The notes under the pieces were generated by a model. The model ran no database searches and was not told the DNA's origin. It saw only the letters and a program-made list of their open reading frames with translations. Of a DNA stretch of 64,000 nucleotides, positions 20,929 through 31,514 are shown in pieces. Source of the DNA: an uncultured Clostridium sp. GTDB lineage: Bacteria; Bacillota; Clostridia; TANB77; CAG-508. The translations under genes and the position numbers were made by a program. Every line of letters starts with the position of its first letter. Position 1 is the stretch's first letter. The stretch spans positions 2,453 through 66,452 of the forward strand of contig CANTGH010000004.1 of assembly GCA_947653235.1 (NCBI GenBank). Reading direction: 5' to 3'.

Positions 20929-21607
20929 CTATTTTATCAAATCTTTTACAACTTCACCTGCTAAAACTAAGCCTGCCACAGATGGCACAAAAGAAACACT
21001 TCCGCATCACTTGACTTTCTGTTCGGATAGGTTCTTCCTTTGAATACACAACCTTCAAATTCTTGATATTTCTCGCCTTCAACTCTTTTCGCATCACTTT
21101 CGCTAAAGGACATACACTGGTTTTATAAAGATCCGTCACTTCAAATTTGGTCGGATCCAATTTATTGCCTGTCCCCATACTTGAAATAATGGGAATGTGT
21201 AAAGCATTGGCTCGCATTACCAATTCAATTTTAGCTGTAACTGTATCCACACAATCTACCACATAATCAACCGTATCATCCAAAATTCCAACACTTTCTG
21301 GGCCAAAAAACTCTTGAAAAATCTCCACTTTCGCTGTTGGATTAATTTCTAAAATGCGTTTTTGAGCAACTTTCACTTTGGGCTGACCAATGGTTTCTTG
21401 GGTTGCAATCAATTGTCGATTCAAATTCGTGATTTCCACTTCATCTTTATCCACCAAAACAAAAGCCCCTATTCCTGCTCGGCACAAAGCCTCCAAAGCA
21501 TACGTTCCAACGCCTCCGATGCCAAATAGTGCTACTTTTGCTTTTTGCAATTTGACTACATTTTCTGCTCCGATTAACATTTCTGTTCTTGAAAATTGAT
21601 TTTGCAT
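20929..21607 (-). CDS. tcdA: tRNA threonylcarbamoyladenosine dehydratase TcdA (ThiF/MoeB-like), with an apparent frameshift at 21002-21004.
   Basis: GIGGVG Rossmann fold. The conserved C-terminus MGSVSFVPSVAGLVLAGEVVKDLIK is recovered only after removing the C of the in-frame CGG. Confidence 0.75.
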
Positions 21608-22020
21608 GGTTTTTCTCCTTTTATTTATTATACCATAAATTTCCTCTCCAAGTAAATCACAAAATAACTAACTTTCCATTTTTTTAACGAAAAATAGCAA
21701 CTTTTCCCTCAAAAAAAATAGATTTTTACATATTTGTATTTTGCTATCTCCTCCCTAACATGCCTAATCGCCATTTTAAGACATTTTACCCCTTCCGCAA
21801 TCATTTATGTCTACTCTTCAAAGAAAGTGCCCTCTATTGCCCTTAAAATGTTCTATCTAAAAACTCACTTTTTTGAATTTATACTTTTTTATGCATGTAG
21901 TACCCTCTAATAAGGTCTCTAAGCGTTTTCTGGAAATTTTTAATCATTTATGTATTCTTTTTCAAAAAAGCGGTTTAAAATCGGCTTTTTGTAAAAAACA
22001 TGTGAAATTTGAAATAAAAT

Positions 22021-22055
22021 AAGAAACAGTCTATTCTGTCTCTTATTTTACGTTT
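22021..22055. terminator. Terminator downstream of copA.
   Basis: Imperfect hairpin AAGAAACAG/CTGTCTCTT with flanking T/A runs. Confidence 0.4.
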
Positions 22056-23225
22056 CTATTTTGCTTCAAATCCAGCTTGCTCGATCGCTTCTTTTATTTT
22101 TTCATCGGCTATTTCCTTTGTCATTTCTAAAATGGCATTTTTATTTTCTAAATCAACTTCGACTTTCGTGACACCGTCAATTCCTCCTAATGCCTTTTCG
22201 ACAGTCATTTTGCAATGATTACATTGCATGCCTTCAATTTGGATTATTTTTTTCATGATTTTTTCCTCCTTTTTGGGTTGGTCAAAACCAACCTCTACGA
22301 TATTTTGTTTTTGAGGTAGTTGGCAGGATTGGAACTCTGCCTCTACGGATTGCTGAATGGGACATGTGGTATCATATGTTGGGAATTGAGGCTTGAATTT
22401 TCTTAATCGTAATGCATTGGTAACCACACATACGGAACTTAGACTCATGGTAGCTGCTCCAATCATAGGATTTAAAGTTAAAGCAAAACTTAGGTAAAAC
22501 ACGCCAGCTGCAATCGGTATACCAATGCAATTATAGAAAAATGCCCAAAATAAATTCGTTTTTATATTTCCTATGACTGCTTTGCTCAGATCAATAGCTG
22601 TTACAACATCTTGCAAATTATTTTTCATCAGTACAATATCGGCTGAATCAATTGCAATATCGGTTCCAGAACCGATTGCCAAGCCAATATCGGCTTGCAC
22701 CAAAGCGGGACTATCATTGATTCCATCTCCCACAAAAGCTACCTTTTTGCCTTGTTCTTGTAATTTCTCAACTTCTTTTGCTTTATCTTGTGGCAACACC
22801 TCTGAGACTACTTTATCAATCCCCAGTTTTTCCCCAATTGTACTTGCCACCACATGGTTGTCACCTGTTAGCATTACCACTTCAATCGCTTTTTCTTTTA
22901 ATTGTTGAATTGCCTCAAAACTGCTTTGCTTGATGGTATCTGCTACAGCAATCGCACCAATTATTGTTTCTTGATTCGCAAAATAAAGTACCGTTTTACC
23001 TTGTTCTAAAAATGCTTGTATTTTGCTTTCTAGTTGTGTCACAGAAATACCATTTTCTTTCATAAAAGCAATATTTCCACCAAAATAAGTCCTTCCTTCT
23101 ATTTTAGCTTTTACGCCTCTTCCAGAAATACTTTCAAATGCCTCTACTTTCAGCAACTCAATTTGATTTGCTTTTACCTTTTCCATAATTGCCTCTGCCA
23201 ACGGATGCTCCGAATTTTGTTCCAA
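22056..23225 (-). CDS. copA: Copper-translocating P-type ATPase, C-terminal fragment (nucleotide-binding domain, GDGINDSPAL hinge, extra C-terminal HMA domain).
   Basis: Continues copA after the frameshift at 23293-23295. Confidence 0.85.
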   Translation of the reverse strand: MEQNSEHPLAEAIMEKVKANQIELLKVEAFESISGRGVKAKIEGRTYFGGNIAFMKENGISVTQLESKIQAFLEQGKTVLYFANQETIIGAIAVADTIKQSSFEAIQQLKEKAIEVVMLTGDNHVVASTIGEKLGIDKVVSEVLPQDKAKEVEKLQEQGKKVAFVGDGINDSPALVQADIGLAIGSGTDIAIDSADIVLMKNNLQDVVTAIDLSKAVIGNIKTNLFWAFFYNCIGIPIAAGVFYLSFALTLNPMIGAATMSLSSVCVVTNALRLRKFKPQFPTYDTTCPIQQSVEAEFQSCQLPQKQNIVEVGFDQPKKEEKIMKKIIQIEGMQCNHCKMTVEKALGGIDGVTKVEVDLENKNAILEMTKEIADEKIKEAIEQAGFEAK

Positions 23226-23265
23226 ACTTCCTGCAATCTGCCATAACTTATTTTCTTCTATTTGG

Positions 23266-24672
23266 CTAACCGTATCTGTGACTTGTGGCTTTCCGTTTTG
23301 TAATTGTTCCTGTTTTGTCTAGAACAACCACATCTGACAAATGCAAATTTTCTAGACTTTGTGCAGATTTAATCAAAATTCCATTTTCGGCAGCCTTCCC
23401 TGTTCCAACCATAATGGCAACTGGTGTTGCTAGCCCTAACGCACAAGGACACGAAATCACCAAAACCGCAATTCCAATACGCATTGCAAATTCAAAACTC
23501 TGTCCTTGTAAAAGCCAAAAAACACAAGCCAAAAATGCAATAGCTATCACACACGGTACAAAAACACCGCTTACTTTATCTGCCAATCTTGCAATCGGTG
23601 CCTTTGAATTTCCTGCTTCTTCTACCAATTGGATGATTTGCGAAAGCGTCGTATCTTGCCCAATTTTCGTAGCACGCATTTTGAAGGAACCTCTTTGATT
23701 AATTGTCCCTGAAATAACGGTATCTCCAACTGTTTTTTCCACAGGCATACTTTCACCTGTTATGCTTGCTTGGTCAATCGCTGAAGCACCTTCTATTAAT
23801 ACCCCATCAACTGGAATAGCTCCACCTGGTTTCACTACGATAATATCATCTACTACAATTTCTTGAGTATCCACTTCTATTTCCTCATTGTTTCGCAAAA
23901 CGGTTGCTGTTTTGGGTGCTAAATTCATCAATTTGTAAATCGCATCTCCAGTTTTACCTTTCGATTTTTCCTCTAAATATTTGCCTACTGTAATCAAGGT
24001 CAAAATGGTCCCTGCCGATTCAAAATATAAATCCATTGAAAATTTCTCAACTAAATCTATCTTTCCATGTCCTAAACCATAACCAATTATAAATATTGCA
24101 TAAATTCCATAACCAATCGCGGCTAAGCTTCCAATCGCAATCAAAGAATCCATATTGGGTGCTCTTTTGATAAGTCTTTTCAAGCCAACGATAAAATAAT
24201 TTCGATTTACATACACAATTGGCAATACTAATAAAAACTGTGTAAAACCAAAGGCAATTGCATTTTCCACACCATGAAAAGCACTTTCTATAATAGCTGG
24301 AATTGGCAAACCAAACCATTCATAAAACATATGGTACATGGCAATATACATCAAAGGAACCCAAAATGCCATTGAAACAACAAGCTTTTTTTTCATTATT
24401 TTAAGTCTATCTTGCTTTTGGATTTGAGAATCTTTCAGACTTGTTTTCTTGGCTTGTATTCTCATAGCAGTAGCACCGTAGCCAGCTTCTATAACCGCTT
24501 TTATAATTTCATCTTCTGTTAATTTTCCTTCATTAAATTCGACAAACATACTATTAGACAACAAATTAACACTTACGTTTTGGATACCTTCTAATTTCTC
24601 AACTGCTTTTTCTACATGGGCTTGACAACTACTACATGTCATCCCCTGAATGGCAAATTTCACTTTTGGCAT
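23266..24672 (-). CDS. copA: Copper-translocating P-type ATPase, N-terminal fragment (HMA domain with GMTCSSC, TM region, CPC, DKTGT).
   Basis: Ends ...DKTGTITKRKATSHRYG*. Removing one C gives the canonical ...TGTITKGKPQVTDTVSQ..., which joins the downstream ORF. Confidence 0.85.
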   Translation of the reverse strand: MPKVKFAIQGMTCSSCQAHVEKAVEKLEGIQNVSVNLLSNSMFVEFNEGKLTEDEIIKAVIEAGYGATAMRIQAKKTSLKDSQIQKQDRLKIMKKKLVVSMAFWVPLMYIAMYHMFYEWFGLPIPAIIESAFHGVENAIAFGFTQFLLVLPIVYVNRNYFIVGLKRLIKRAPNMDSLIAIGSLAAIGYGIYAIFIIGYGLGHGKIDLVEKFSMDLYFESAGTILTLITVGKYLEEKSKGKTGDAIYKLMNLAPKTATVLRNNEEIEVDTQEIVVDDIIVVKPGGAIPVDGVLIEGASAIDQASITGESMPVEKTVGDTVISGTINQRGSFKMRATKIGQDTTLSQIIQLVEEAGNSKAPIARLADKVSGVFVPCVIAIAFLACVFWLLQGQSFEFAMRIGIAVLVISCPCALGLATPVAIMVGTGKAAENGILIKSAQSLENLHLSDVVVLDKTGTITKRKATSHRYG

Positions 24673-24687
24673 TATTTCCTCCTTAAT

Positions 24688-25191
24688 CTAAATCATTTTC
24701 ATTTCTTTTAACTTATCTTCTAATGTTTCATTTTGATTTAAAACAACTTTTTGAGTTTTTCTCTTTTGCAAACTAGCAATATTTTCTTCAAAATTTTGAT
24801 CCATTTTGTCAATCCATTTTTGATGTGTTCCTCGATTTTGATACCTCTTTATATAAATTTCCTTACTCTGAATGGTAGGATAGCACAAAAGATATTCTTG
24901 ATTGTTTTTATCCAAATAATCCATAATATCGCCATCCGATGGTATTAGCACAATATTATATTTTTCTAGATATTTTGGCAATTCTGCAAAATAATTTTCT
25001 GGCCAATTAGGCTCCTTCGTTCTTATCTGTGTTAAGCCTTTTAATTCCTCAAATGTTTTATTTTCAATTACTTCCTTGGGATAACTATATTTATAAAGCA
25101 AATGGTCAAAATCATATACATTATCATATTTTTTGGCACAACTTGTTTTTCCTGTTCCTGCAAATGCAACTACTAAAATTCCTTTTTCCAT
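24688..25191 (-). CDS. P-loop ATPase/kinase-like protein.
   Basis: Walker A AFAGTGKTS. RBS AAGGGGAAAAATG. Confidence 0.6.
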   Translation of the reverse strand: MEKGILVVAFAGTGKTSCAKKYDNVYDFDHLLYKYSYPKEVIENKTFEELKGLTQIRTKEPNWPENYFAELPKYLEKYNIVLIPSDGDIMDYLDKNNQEYLLCYPTIQSKEIYIKRYQNRGTHQKWIDKMDQNFEENIASLQKRKTQKVVLNQNETLEDKLKEMKMI

Positions 25192-25204
25192 TTTTCCCCT
25201 TCTT

Positions 25205-26251
25205 TTATTCCATAATTTTTCCGCCACCCAAAACAATATCTCCCACATAAAATACAGCCGATTGTCCTGACGTTATCGCTCTTTGTGGCTCCTCAAAAAT
25301 GACTTTTATTATATTTTCTTGTTGAGTAATCTTGGCTTTTGCCGTTTTGGAAGAATAGCGTGTTTTTACCTGCACTTCCATCTCCTCTTTTATTTTATCG
25401 ACTAACAATAAATTTATGCTTGATACCAAAATTTCTTTTTGGTACAGTTCTTTTTCTTCTCCCACAATTACTTCATTCTTCGCTTGGTCAAATCCCAAAA
25501 CAAACAATGGCACTGGATTTGCAATACCAAGTCCCTTTCGTTGTCCAATTGTATAATAATACAAGCCTTGGTGTTTTCCCAAAATCTCACCTTTTTGATT
25601 CACAATATTCCCTGGTTTTGGCTTAATCTCTGAGTGATTTTCTAAAAATTTCTTGTAATTTCCATCTGGGATAAAGCAAATATCTTCGCTATCTGGTTTG
25701 TCAGCTACTTTTAAATGATGTTCTCGTGCTATCTGACGGATTTCCTCTTTGGAGCTAAAACCAGCAAGTGGAAACAAAACATGTTCCATTAAATTTGAAG
25801 GCATATTCCACAAAACGTAAGCTTGATCTTTTTTGGCATTTTCTGACTTTTTCAAAACCCATCTTTGATAAGCTTCGCAATACTCCATTTTTGCATAATG
25901 CCCAGTTGCTATGTAAGCACAACCAAGTTCTTTGGCTTTTTCCCATAAAAAACCAAATTTCATATGTCGATTACATTCAATACAAGGATTCGGCGTTTTG
26001 CAATTGGCATAACAATTGATAAAATCATCAATCACATACTTTTTGAATTCTTGTTTTGCAGAATAGGTAAAATGCGGTATGCCAATTTGGGAACATACTT
26101 TTTTCGCTTCTGAATCTGTATGATAACTAGTATCCGCAAATAAATCTAACGTTACACCGATTACTTCATAACCTTGTTCTTTTAAAAGCAGAGCCGATAC
26201 AGAGCTATCTACACCGCCACTCATACCAAGTAAAACTTTTTTATTTTTCAT
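25205..26251 (-). CDS. mnmA: tRNA 2-thiouridine(34) synthase MnmA.
   Basis: GMSGGVDSSV PP-loop. Confidence 0.9.
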   Translation of the reverse strand: MKNKKVLLGMSGGVDSSVSALLLKEQGYEVIGVTLDLFADTSYHTDSEAKKVCSQIGIPHFTYSAKQEFKKYVIDDFINCYANCKTPNPCIECNRHMKFGFLWEKAKELGCAYIATGHYAKMEYCEAYQRWVLKKSENAKKDQAYVLWNMPSNLMEHVLFPLAGFSSKEEIRQIAREHHLKVADKPDSEDICFIPDGNYKKFLENHSEIKPKPGNIVNQKGEILGKHQGLYYYTIGQRKGLGIANPVPLFVLGFDQAKNEVIVGEEKELYQKEILVSSINLLLVDKIKEEMEVQVKTRYSSKTAKAKITQQENIIKVIFEEPQRAITSGQSAVFYVGDIVLGGGKIME

Positions 26252-26303
26252 TTTTTCATTTCCTTTTTATTTACATTTGCCAACTACTTTTCAATTTATT
26301 TCC

Positions 26304-26771
26304 TCAATCACAACAATCCATTGTCCCTTTTCCACCGTTTTCGTTTTTCGCTAAAATCTCTTCCATCGTGTGCCATGCCAAAAGTGCACATTTGACACGC
26401 GCTGGCATATTGGCCACATTGCGAAAAGCAATCGCATCTTCTAATTTTTTCAAATTTTCCTCATTCGTTTCTTCTCGTTTAATCATCTCTATAAAAATTT
26501 GAATGATTTCTTTGGCTTCGGCAACTGTTTTGCCTTTCAATGTGTCAATCATAATCGACGTCGACGCCTGCGAAATGGCGCATCCATGCCCAGAAAACGC
26601 CATGTCTTCAATCACATCTTCCTTCAATTTCAATTCCAACGAAATTTCATCTCCGCAATTTGGATTATGTCCCATTTCTTGGAAATCTGCCTTTTCTAAT
26701 TTTTTCTTGTTGTAGGAATTCATGCTGTGTTCCATGATTAAGTCATTATAAACTTGTTCTAAATCCTCCAT
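26304..26771 (-). CDS. sufU: Fe-S cluster scaffold SufU (NifU-like).
   Basis: GNPNCGDEI...GCAISQASTS...PARVKCALLAW, with no LPPVK motif. RBS AAAAGGGGGAAAAATG. Confidence 0.85.
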   Translation of the reverse strand: MEDLEQVYNDLIMEHSMNSYNKKKLEKADFQEMGHNPNCGDEISLELKLKEDVIEDMAFSGHGCAISQASTSIMIDTLKGKTVAEAKEIIQIFIEMIKREETNEENLKKLEDAIAFRNVANMPARVKCALLAWHTMEEILAKNENGGKGTMDCCD

Positions 26772-26783
26772 TTTTCCCCCTTT

Positions 26784-28002
26784 TTATTGCTTAATGTATT
26801 TTTCAAACATCCCATATGCCTTCTCCAAGCCTTCCACCAACCTGTCTACATCTTTTTTATCATTATAAACATAAAAACTAGCACGGCACGTCGAATCCAC
26901 TCCTAAAAATCGCATCAACGGCTGTGCACAATGATTTCCGTGAGCGCACACAAACCCCTTGACTGTCTAAAATGCTCGCCACATCATGTGGGTGAACACC
27001 TTTTATGTTAAATGAAATCACACCAGAATGTTTTTCCTCGTTCGGTGTTAAATACAAGGTCAAATAATCTAGTTTCGATAATTTCCCTCTAGCATATGAA
27101 ATCACTTCATTTTCTATTTGTGCTATTTTAGCATACCCCATTTTTTCCATATAATCAATCGCAGCTGACAGCCCAATCACACCTTCTACATTTTGTGTTC
27201 CTGCTTCGAATTTGTTAGGAAGCGGCGCAAACGTCGTCTCTTGCTCGTGCACATATTCAATCATGTCACCACCCAACAAAAATGGATTCATTTGATTGAA
27301 AAGCTCACGCTTTCCATATAAAACACCAATGCCAAGAGGCGCCATCATTTTATGTCCTGAAAATACTAGAAAGTCACAATCCAAATTTTGCACATCTATT
27401 TTTAGATGCGGAATACTTTGCGATGCGTCAACAATCACAATGGCTCCCTTTTTATGTGCCACTTGAATGATTTTTTCAATTGGATTTATCGTACCCAAAA
27501 CATTCGAAACATGCGTGATGCCCACAATTTTGGTTTGGTCTGTTATTTTGCTTTCGATTTCCTCGTCCGAAATCTCAAAATCACTGTTGGTATACAGATA
27601 ATTTAATTTTGCTCCCGTTACGTTTGCTACCTTTTGCCAAGGTACCAAATTCGAGTGATGTTCCATTATTGAAAGTACGATTTCGTCGCCCTTTTTTAAG
27701 TTTTCCATCCCATATGAATAGGCTAGCAAATTCAAGCCTTCGGTTGCGTTTTTGGTAAAAATAATTTCTTCGCGATGTTTAGCACCTATAAATTTCGCAA
27801 TTTTATCACGTGCCTGTTCATAAACTTCCGTTGCCTCCATGCTTAATGAATAAGCTCCGCGATGTGGGTTGGCATTGTATTTTTCGTAAAATTCTTGAAC
27901 CGCTTGAATTACCTGAATTGGTTTTTGAGTCGTTGCCCCACTATCTAAATACGTGATATTTCTATCTTGTAAAATCGGAAAATCCTTTTTCCATTCGTTC
28001 AT
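26784..28002 (-). CDS. sufS: Cysteine desulfurase SufS, with an apparent frameshift at 26938-26940.
   Basis: SGHKMMAPLGIG PLP-Lys region. The conserved C-terminus [29 protein letters not shown]...EKYIKQ is recovered after removing the C of the in-frame CGG. The true stop sits just upstream of the sufU RBS. Confidence 0.85.
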
Positions 28003-28014
28003 TTTTCCCCCTTT

Positions 28015-28045
28015 TTGAACTTTTCAGGAATCCTGAAGAGTTCGA
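28015..28045. repeat. Divergent copy (R0) of the intergenic palindrome family: TTGAACTTTTCAGG-AAT-CCTGAAGAGTTCGA.
   Basis: Shares the outer TTGAAC...GTTCRA arms and the central GAATCC core. Lies between the HAD gene stop and the sufS RBS. Confidence 0.5.
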
Positions 28046-28071
28046 TTTTACTTTTTTTATGTATTTCTTTT

Positions 28072-28662
28072 TCAAAAACGTTTCATTTTTTCTTCTATTT
28101 GTTTCCAAGTGGTCACTCTTTCTAGTTTTTGATTTTCGATCGTTTCATTCAATTTCGTCGTCATAAAAAAGGTCTTTATTCCATTTTCCTCGAGTACTTG
28201 ACAGGTTTCATAACTATCTTCAATAAAAATTTCAATTCCATTTTGTTGACAAAATTGCAATTTGTTTTTGGCATTCATAATCAATTTATCATACGGAATG
28301 TGGTTTTCGATTAACATCTTTTGTGTAATTTTTTCTGAATTGCAATTGGGAATATCTGTTAATCTTGCTGTAATAAAAAATATTTCATTTCCCCTCTTTT
28401 TCCAGCTTTGAATAACTTCTGCCACATGTTCGAAAGGCTTGCACTCTTCGAGGACAATTTTATAATATTGCTTGAAAAACTTTGTTTTTTCCTCCTCCGT
28501 CCAACCATACAAAGCCTCCAAATAGTAGCGATTGGGAATGGAACCAAATTTTCCATTACAACCACTTTTTCCTAAAACTTGTGTATCAAAAATGTCCGCA
28601 TATTTTAACATCACACCTGCTAAATCAACTGTTGTATCATCTATATCGATTCCTATTTTCAT
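28072..28662 (-). CDS. HAD-superfamily 5'(3')-deoxyribonucleotidase-like hydrolase.
   Basis: IGIDIDDT motif I and the overall NT5C-like layout. Confidence 0.7.
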   Translation of the reverse strand: MKIGIDIDDTTVDLAGVMLKYADIFDTQVLGKSGCNGKFGSIPNRYYLEALYGWTEEEKTKFFKQYYKIVLEECKPFEHVAEVIQSWKKRGNEIFFITARLTDIPNCNSEKITQKMLIENHIPYDKLIMNAKNKLQFCQQNGIEIFIEDSYETCQVLEENGIKTFFMTTKLNETIENQKLERVTTWKQIEEKMKRF

Positions 28663-28681
28663 ATTTTCTCCTTTTCTCCTT

Positions 28682-28710
28682 TTGAAAGATTAAGGTTTCT
28701 AATCGTTCGA
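28682..28710. repeat. Intergenic palindrome, copy R1 (TTGAAAGATTAAGGTTTCTAATCGTTCGA).
   Basis: Seen directly. Lies between the GNAT stop and the HAD start. Confidence 0.55.
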
Positions 28711-28717
28711 TTTCTTA

Positions 28718-29233
28718 TTAAATTTCTTTTAAATAATAATGCACTAAAACTTTTTCTGGCTTAATTCCTTCAACTACTGTAGGTTCTTCCTCGTATGCTT
28801 CTTTGATAAAGTGAACAAATCCTAAATGTTTATATATTTCTAAGTTTTGAGTTTCTTTCGGTTCAACTCCTAAAGTAAACCTTGTATATCCTCTACTTTT
28901 CAAATCCGCTTCCATGAATTGATACAATTTAGAAAAATACCCTTTACCTCTTTCTCCTTCATTTGTTCTAAACGCAAATAAATAAGCTGTACTTTCATCT
29001 ATTAAGCCTTCTGGATTTTGCGCAGCCTCCTTCGAAATTGCTGCTGTAGCTTCACATATTATCTTCCCATCTAATATTCCAATATAGCAAATCCTTTTTT
29101 GTTTTTCAAAAAAACTTCTTGTTTCTTCTTTCCAGAATTCCCAGCTTTTGTCACCTGGATGTATGGCAATTTCATAATCCATCTTTTGCATTATTTCTTC
29201 AAGACTTGCCACTTTACATTGATAAGTTTCCAT
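28718..29233 (-). CDS. GNAT family N-acetyltransferase.
   Basis: Acetyl-CoA binding motif RGKGYFSKLYQF. Confidence 0.75.
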   Translation of the reverse strand: METYQCKVASLEEIMQKMDYEIAIHPGDKSWEFWKEETRSFFEKQKRICYIGILDGKIICEATAAISKEAAQNPEGLIDESTAYLFAFRTNEGERGKGYFSKLYQFMEADLKSRGYTRFTLGVEPKETQNLEIYKHLGFVHFIKEAYEEEPTVVEGIKPEKVLVHYYLKEI

Positions 29234-29291
29234 TTTTATTTTCTTCCTTTTTCTTTAAAACAATCTAAAATTTCTAGTTTAACTTCTAAAA

Positions 29292-29772
29292 TCAAAAACC
29301 AGTTCTAAAAAATCCCAACCTAATCAGCAAAATCCCCAAAATTATTCCCAGTAGCAAAATGAAAAATTCCTTTTGATGGACTTCTCTTTTTTTCTTTTGT
29401 TCTATTTGATTGCTAATATATTTCTTTAAAACCTGTATTGACCACAGGCGAAAATCGGCAGCTCTCTTGGAATTGATACGATACCCGAACTGCAATAATA
29501 ACATCTAAATTATAGCTTAAAACTTCTCTTTTAATTTCTCTTTCGCCTTCTTTTTGAACCATTAAGGATTTCTTAATAGTTCGATTTTGTACCAACTGAT
29601 TTTCTTCATAAATATTTTTTATATGCATACTAATATTTGAAATCGTTGTTTCAAACAACTCAGCCATTGCCTTTTGGGTCAACCAGATATCTTCATCTTT
29701 CACAGCAACATCTATCGGAACCACTGCATTTTCTGGCTTATAAATTAACATTTTTTCTGCTTCTTTTTCCAT
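29292..29772 (-). pseudogene. RhuM-family (virulence protein RhuM-like) remnant, frameshifted at 29485-29487 and C-terminally truncated.
   Basis: ...YNLDVIIAV then GYRINSKRAADFRLW in the next frame; together they match the RhuM signature YNLDMIISVGYRVNS. Only ~160 aa of the ~330 expected are present. Confidence 0.6.
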
Positions 29773-29794
29773 AAACTTCTCCTTCGTTTTATAT

Positions 29795-29825
29795 TTCGAA
29801 CAATTATGGATGCTTAATCGTTCAA
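29795..29825. repeat. Intergenic palindrome, copy R2 (TTCGAACAATTATGGATGCTTAATCGTTCAA).
   Basis: The right arm contains the stop codon of the C26 gene. The annotated long ORF 29413..29862 reads through it, which is an over-extension. Confidence 0.55.
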
Positions 29826-30517
29826 TTTTTACATACTTCAATAAAAACCCTAAAAATCTCATTCATATTTTTATCTTTTTTATACAAATCTTCTGGGTGA
29901 AATCTCACACCTATATAAAAATCTTTATCTTTTGCTTCAATTACATCTGCATATCCATCTTCGCAAAAAGCAACTTTATCCAAACCTGGACATGTTTCTA
30001 TTGCATTTTGATGAATCGAATTCACCATCATTTCTTGCTTTTTTACAATCGTATAAAACTTCGAATTTTCATCTATCTTAATTCTATGTACGTAATCTCT
30101 TGATACATTATGTTTTTCTGGATTTGGAATTTTAAAAGTTGTACCACCAATTGCTCTTGCGATTGCGTTTTGTCCTGCACAAATTCCTAGTATTGGCACA
30201 TTATTATCATAACAATATTTTGCAATAATGTATTCATAATTATCCATTTCTCGTCCGCCTTGCAAAATAATGCCATCACACAATTTTATTTGATAAAACA
30301 AATCATTTCTCTCTTTTTCTGTCAAATTATCTTTCCACATGCTTTTATCACCACTAAAATTCACTTCATATTCTGTTGGCAAAATTCCGAGTACTATCGC
30401 TCCATTATCAAATATAGCCTGCTTCGTTGCATCTGTTATTAACGTTTTTTCACAGTCAACATTTTTGGGACTATGCTTTGCAACAATCCCAATTATAACC
30501 TTGCTTTTCTCTTTCAT
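29822..30517 (-). CDS. Class I glutamine amidotransferase-like, peptidase C26 / gamma-glutamyl hydrolase family.
   Basis: ILGICAGQN nucleophile elbow. GVRFHPE. Confidence 0.8.
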   Translation of the reverse strand: MKEKSKVIIGIVAKHSPKNVDCEKTLITDATKQAIFDNGAIVLGILPTEYEVNFSGDKSMWKDNLTEKERNDLFYQIKLCDGIILQGGREMDNYEYIIAKYCYDNNVPILGICAGQNAIARAIGGTTFKIPNPEKHNVSRDYVHRIKIDENSKFYTIVKKQEMMVNSIHQNAIETCPGLDKVAFCEDGYADVIEAKDKDFYIGVRFHPEDLYKKDKNMNEIFRVFIEVCKN

Positions 30518-30530
30518 AATTTTTCTCCTT

Positions 30531-30561
30531 TTGAACGATTAGGAATTCCTTAATCGTTCAA
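30531..30561. repeat. Intergenic palindrome, copy R3 (TTGAACGATTAGGAATTCCTTAATCGTTCAA).
   Basis: Near-perfect 13-bp arms. The dinD stop codon (ELND*) lies inside the right arm. Confidence 0.6.
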
Positions 30562-31344
30562 TTCTTTCAAACTTTTCTTCGGAGTTGGTAAATCCTCTGG
30601 CATGGTTCCACCAAGCTCTTTTATGGTTTTTCTTATTTTTGATCCGACTTCATAATGTGCTTCATTCGCCAATTTTTCAGTATGTATTTCATCTTTTTTT
30701 AATTTCTGTTCCGTTTGGGAAATTCGAAATAAATTGCTTGCTAGTTCATCACTTCCCATATTATCCAAAATATCTTCTCGGTATCGCAAACCTTTTCGTT
30801 TTGCAATATCATCTGCTGTTTCACCATTGTATAGACCTTTATAGCCAGAATTATGAAATTTATCAAAATTTTTGACACCTGCTTTTTTCGCTATTTGATT
30901 TAACGAATAATTTCCTTTTTTGGTTAAATTTCTTTGGTAAAACCTCTTTTCATCTTCGGTAAGCAAATGATAATCTTTCTCGCTTATTTCTTGCTTTCTA
31001 GTTTGAATCGCAAAATACGTCTGCGCAAGCGCCACAACTTTTTTCCTTGCATCTGCATTTTGAGCAATTAAATAACAGGCATAACGCGTTAATTTGTAAT
31101 CCTCAATACTTTTCTTTGCTCCTTTTGGCATTGCTATCGTTTTGTCGGCGCCGACAAAATGTTCAAGTACAGTATTACCACTGTTTTGACACGATTTTTT
31201 GGCTTTCTTAATTACATTTTCAAATTTTCGCCATTCTTTATAATCTAAAACTCCTTGCAATTCTCTTGCATACCAAAATTCAACCCCATTTTCATCCATA
31301 TGTTTAATGGATTCAAAATCTTTATTATTTTCAAAATTTTTCAT
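30550..31344 (-). CDS. dinD: DNA-damage-inducible protein D (DinD, BRO-N-like).
   Basis: Collinear with E. coli DinD (EFWYARELQ..., YACYLIAQNAD, QTYFAIQTR, GGTMPEDLPTP). Confidence 0.85.
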   Translation of the reverse strand: MKNFENNKDFESIKHMDENGVEFWYARELQGVLDYKEWRKFENVIKKAKKSCQNSGNTVLEHFVGADKTIAMPKGAKKSIEDYKLTRYACYLIAQNADARKKVVALAQTYFAIQTRKQEISEKDYHLLTEDEKRFYQRNLTKKGNYSLNQIAKKAGVKNFDKFHNSGYKGLYNGETADDIAKRKGLRYREDILDNMGSDELASNLFRISQTEQKLKKDEIHTEKLANEAHYEVGSKIRKTIKELGGTMPEDLPTPKKSLKELND

Positions 31345-31388
31345 AAAAAACCAACATCCTTTCTTTTTTCTATTCTATCCCCCCTTTT

Positions 31389-31417
31389 TCAACGATTAAG
31401 AAATCCTTAATCGTTCA
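31389..31417. repeat. Intergenic palindrome, copy R4 (TCAACGATTAAGAAATCCTTAATCGTTCA).
   Basis: Perfect 10-bp arms AACGATTAAG/CTTAATCGTT with a 5-nt spacer. Confidence 0.6.
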
Positions 31418-31514
31418 TTTCATCTCTAATTTCTATACCATTCTTTATATAATTTCCAAAATTTCTCTATTATTTCAAAATCCTCTGCCAACATTTTATT
31501 GGCAGTTTCAGTTT

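Noticed and set aside
22056-24672. Treating the two copA ORFs as two genes (an N-terminal metal-binding protein plus a separate ATPase fragment).
   Set aside because: Domain order and sequence are collinear with a single CopA. The junction DKTGTITK|GKPQVTD is reconstituted by removing one base. This is one gene with a 1-nt frame disruption.
29413-29862. The long ORF 29413..29862 as the true RhuM-like gene start.
   Set aside because: Its first 30 codons read through palindrome copy R2 and overlap the stop of the upstream C26 gene. The internal Met at 29772 is the plausible start, and the gene is in any case frameshifted and truncated.
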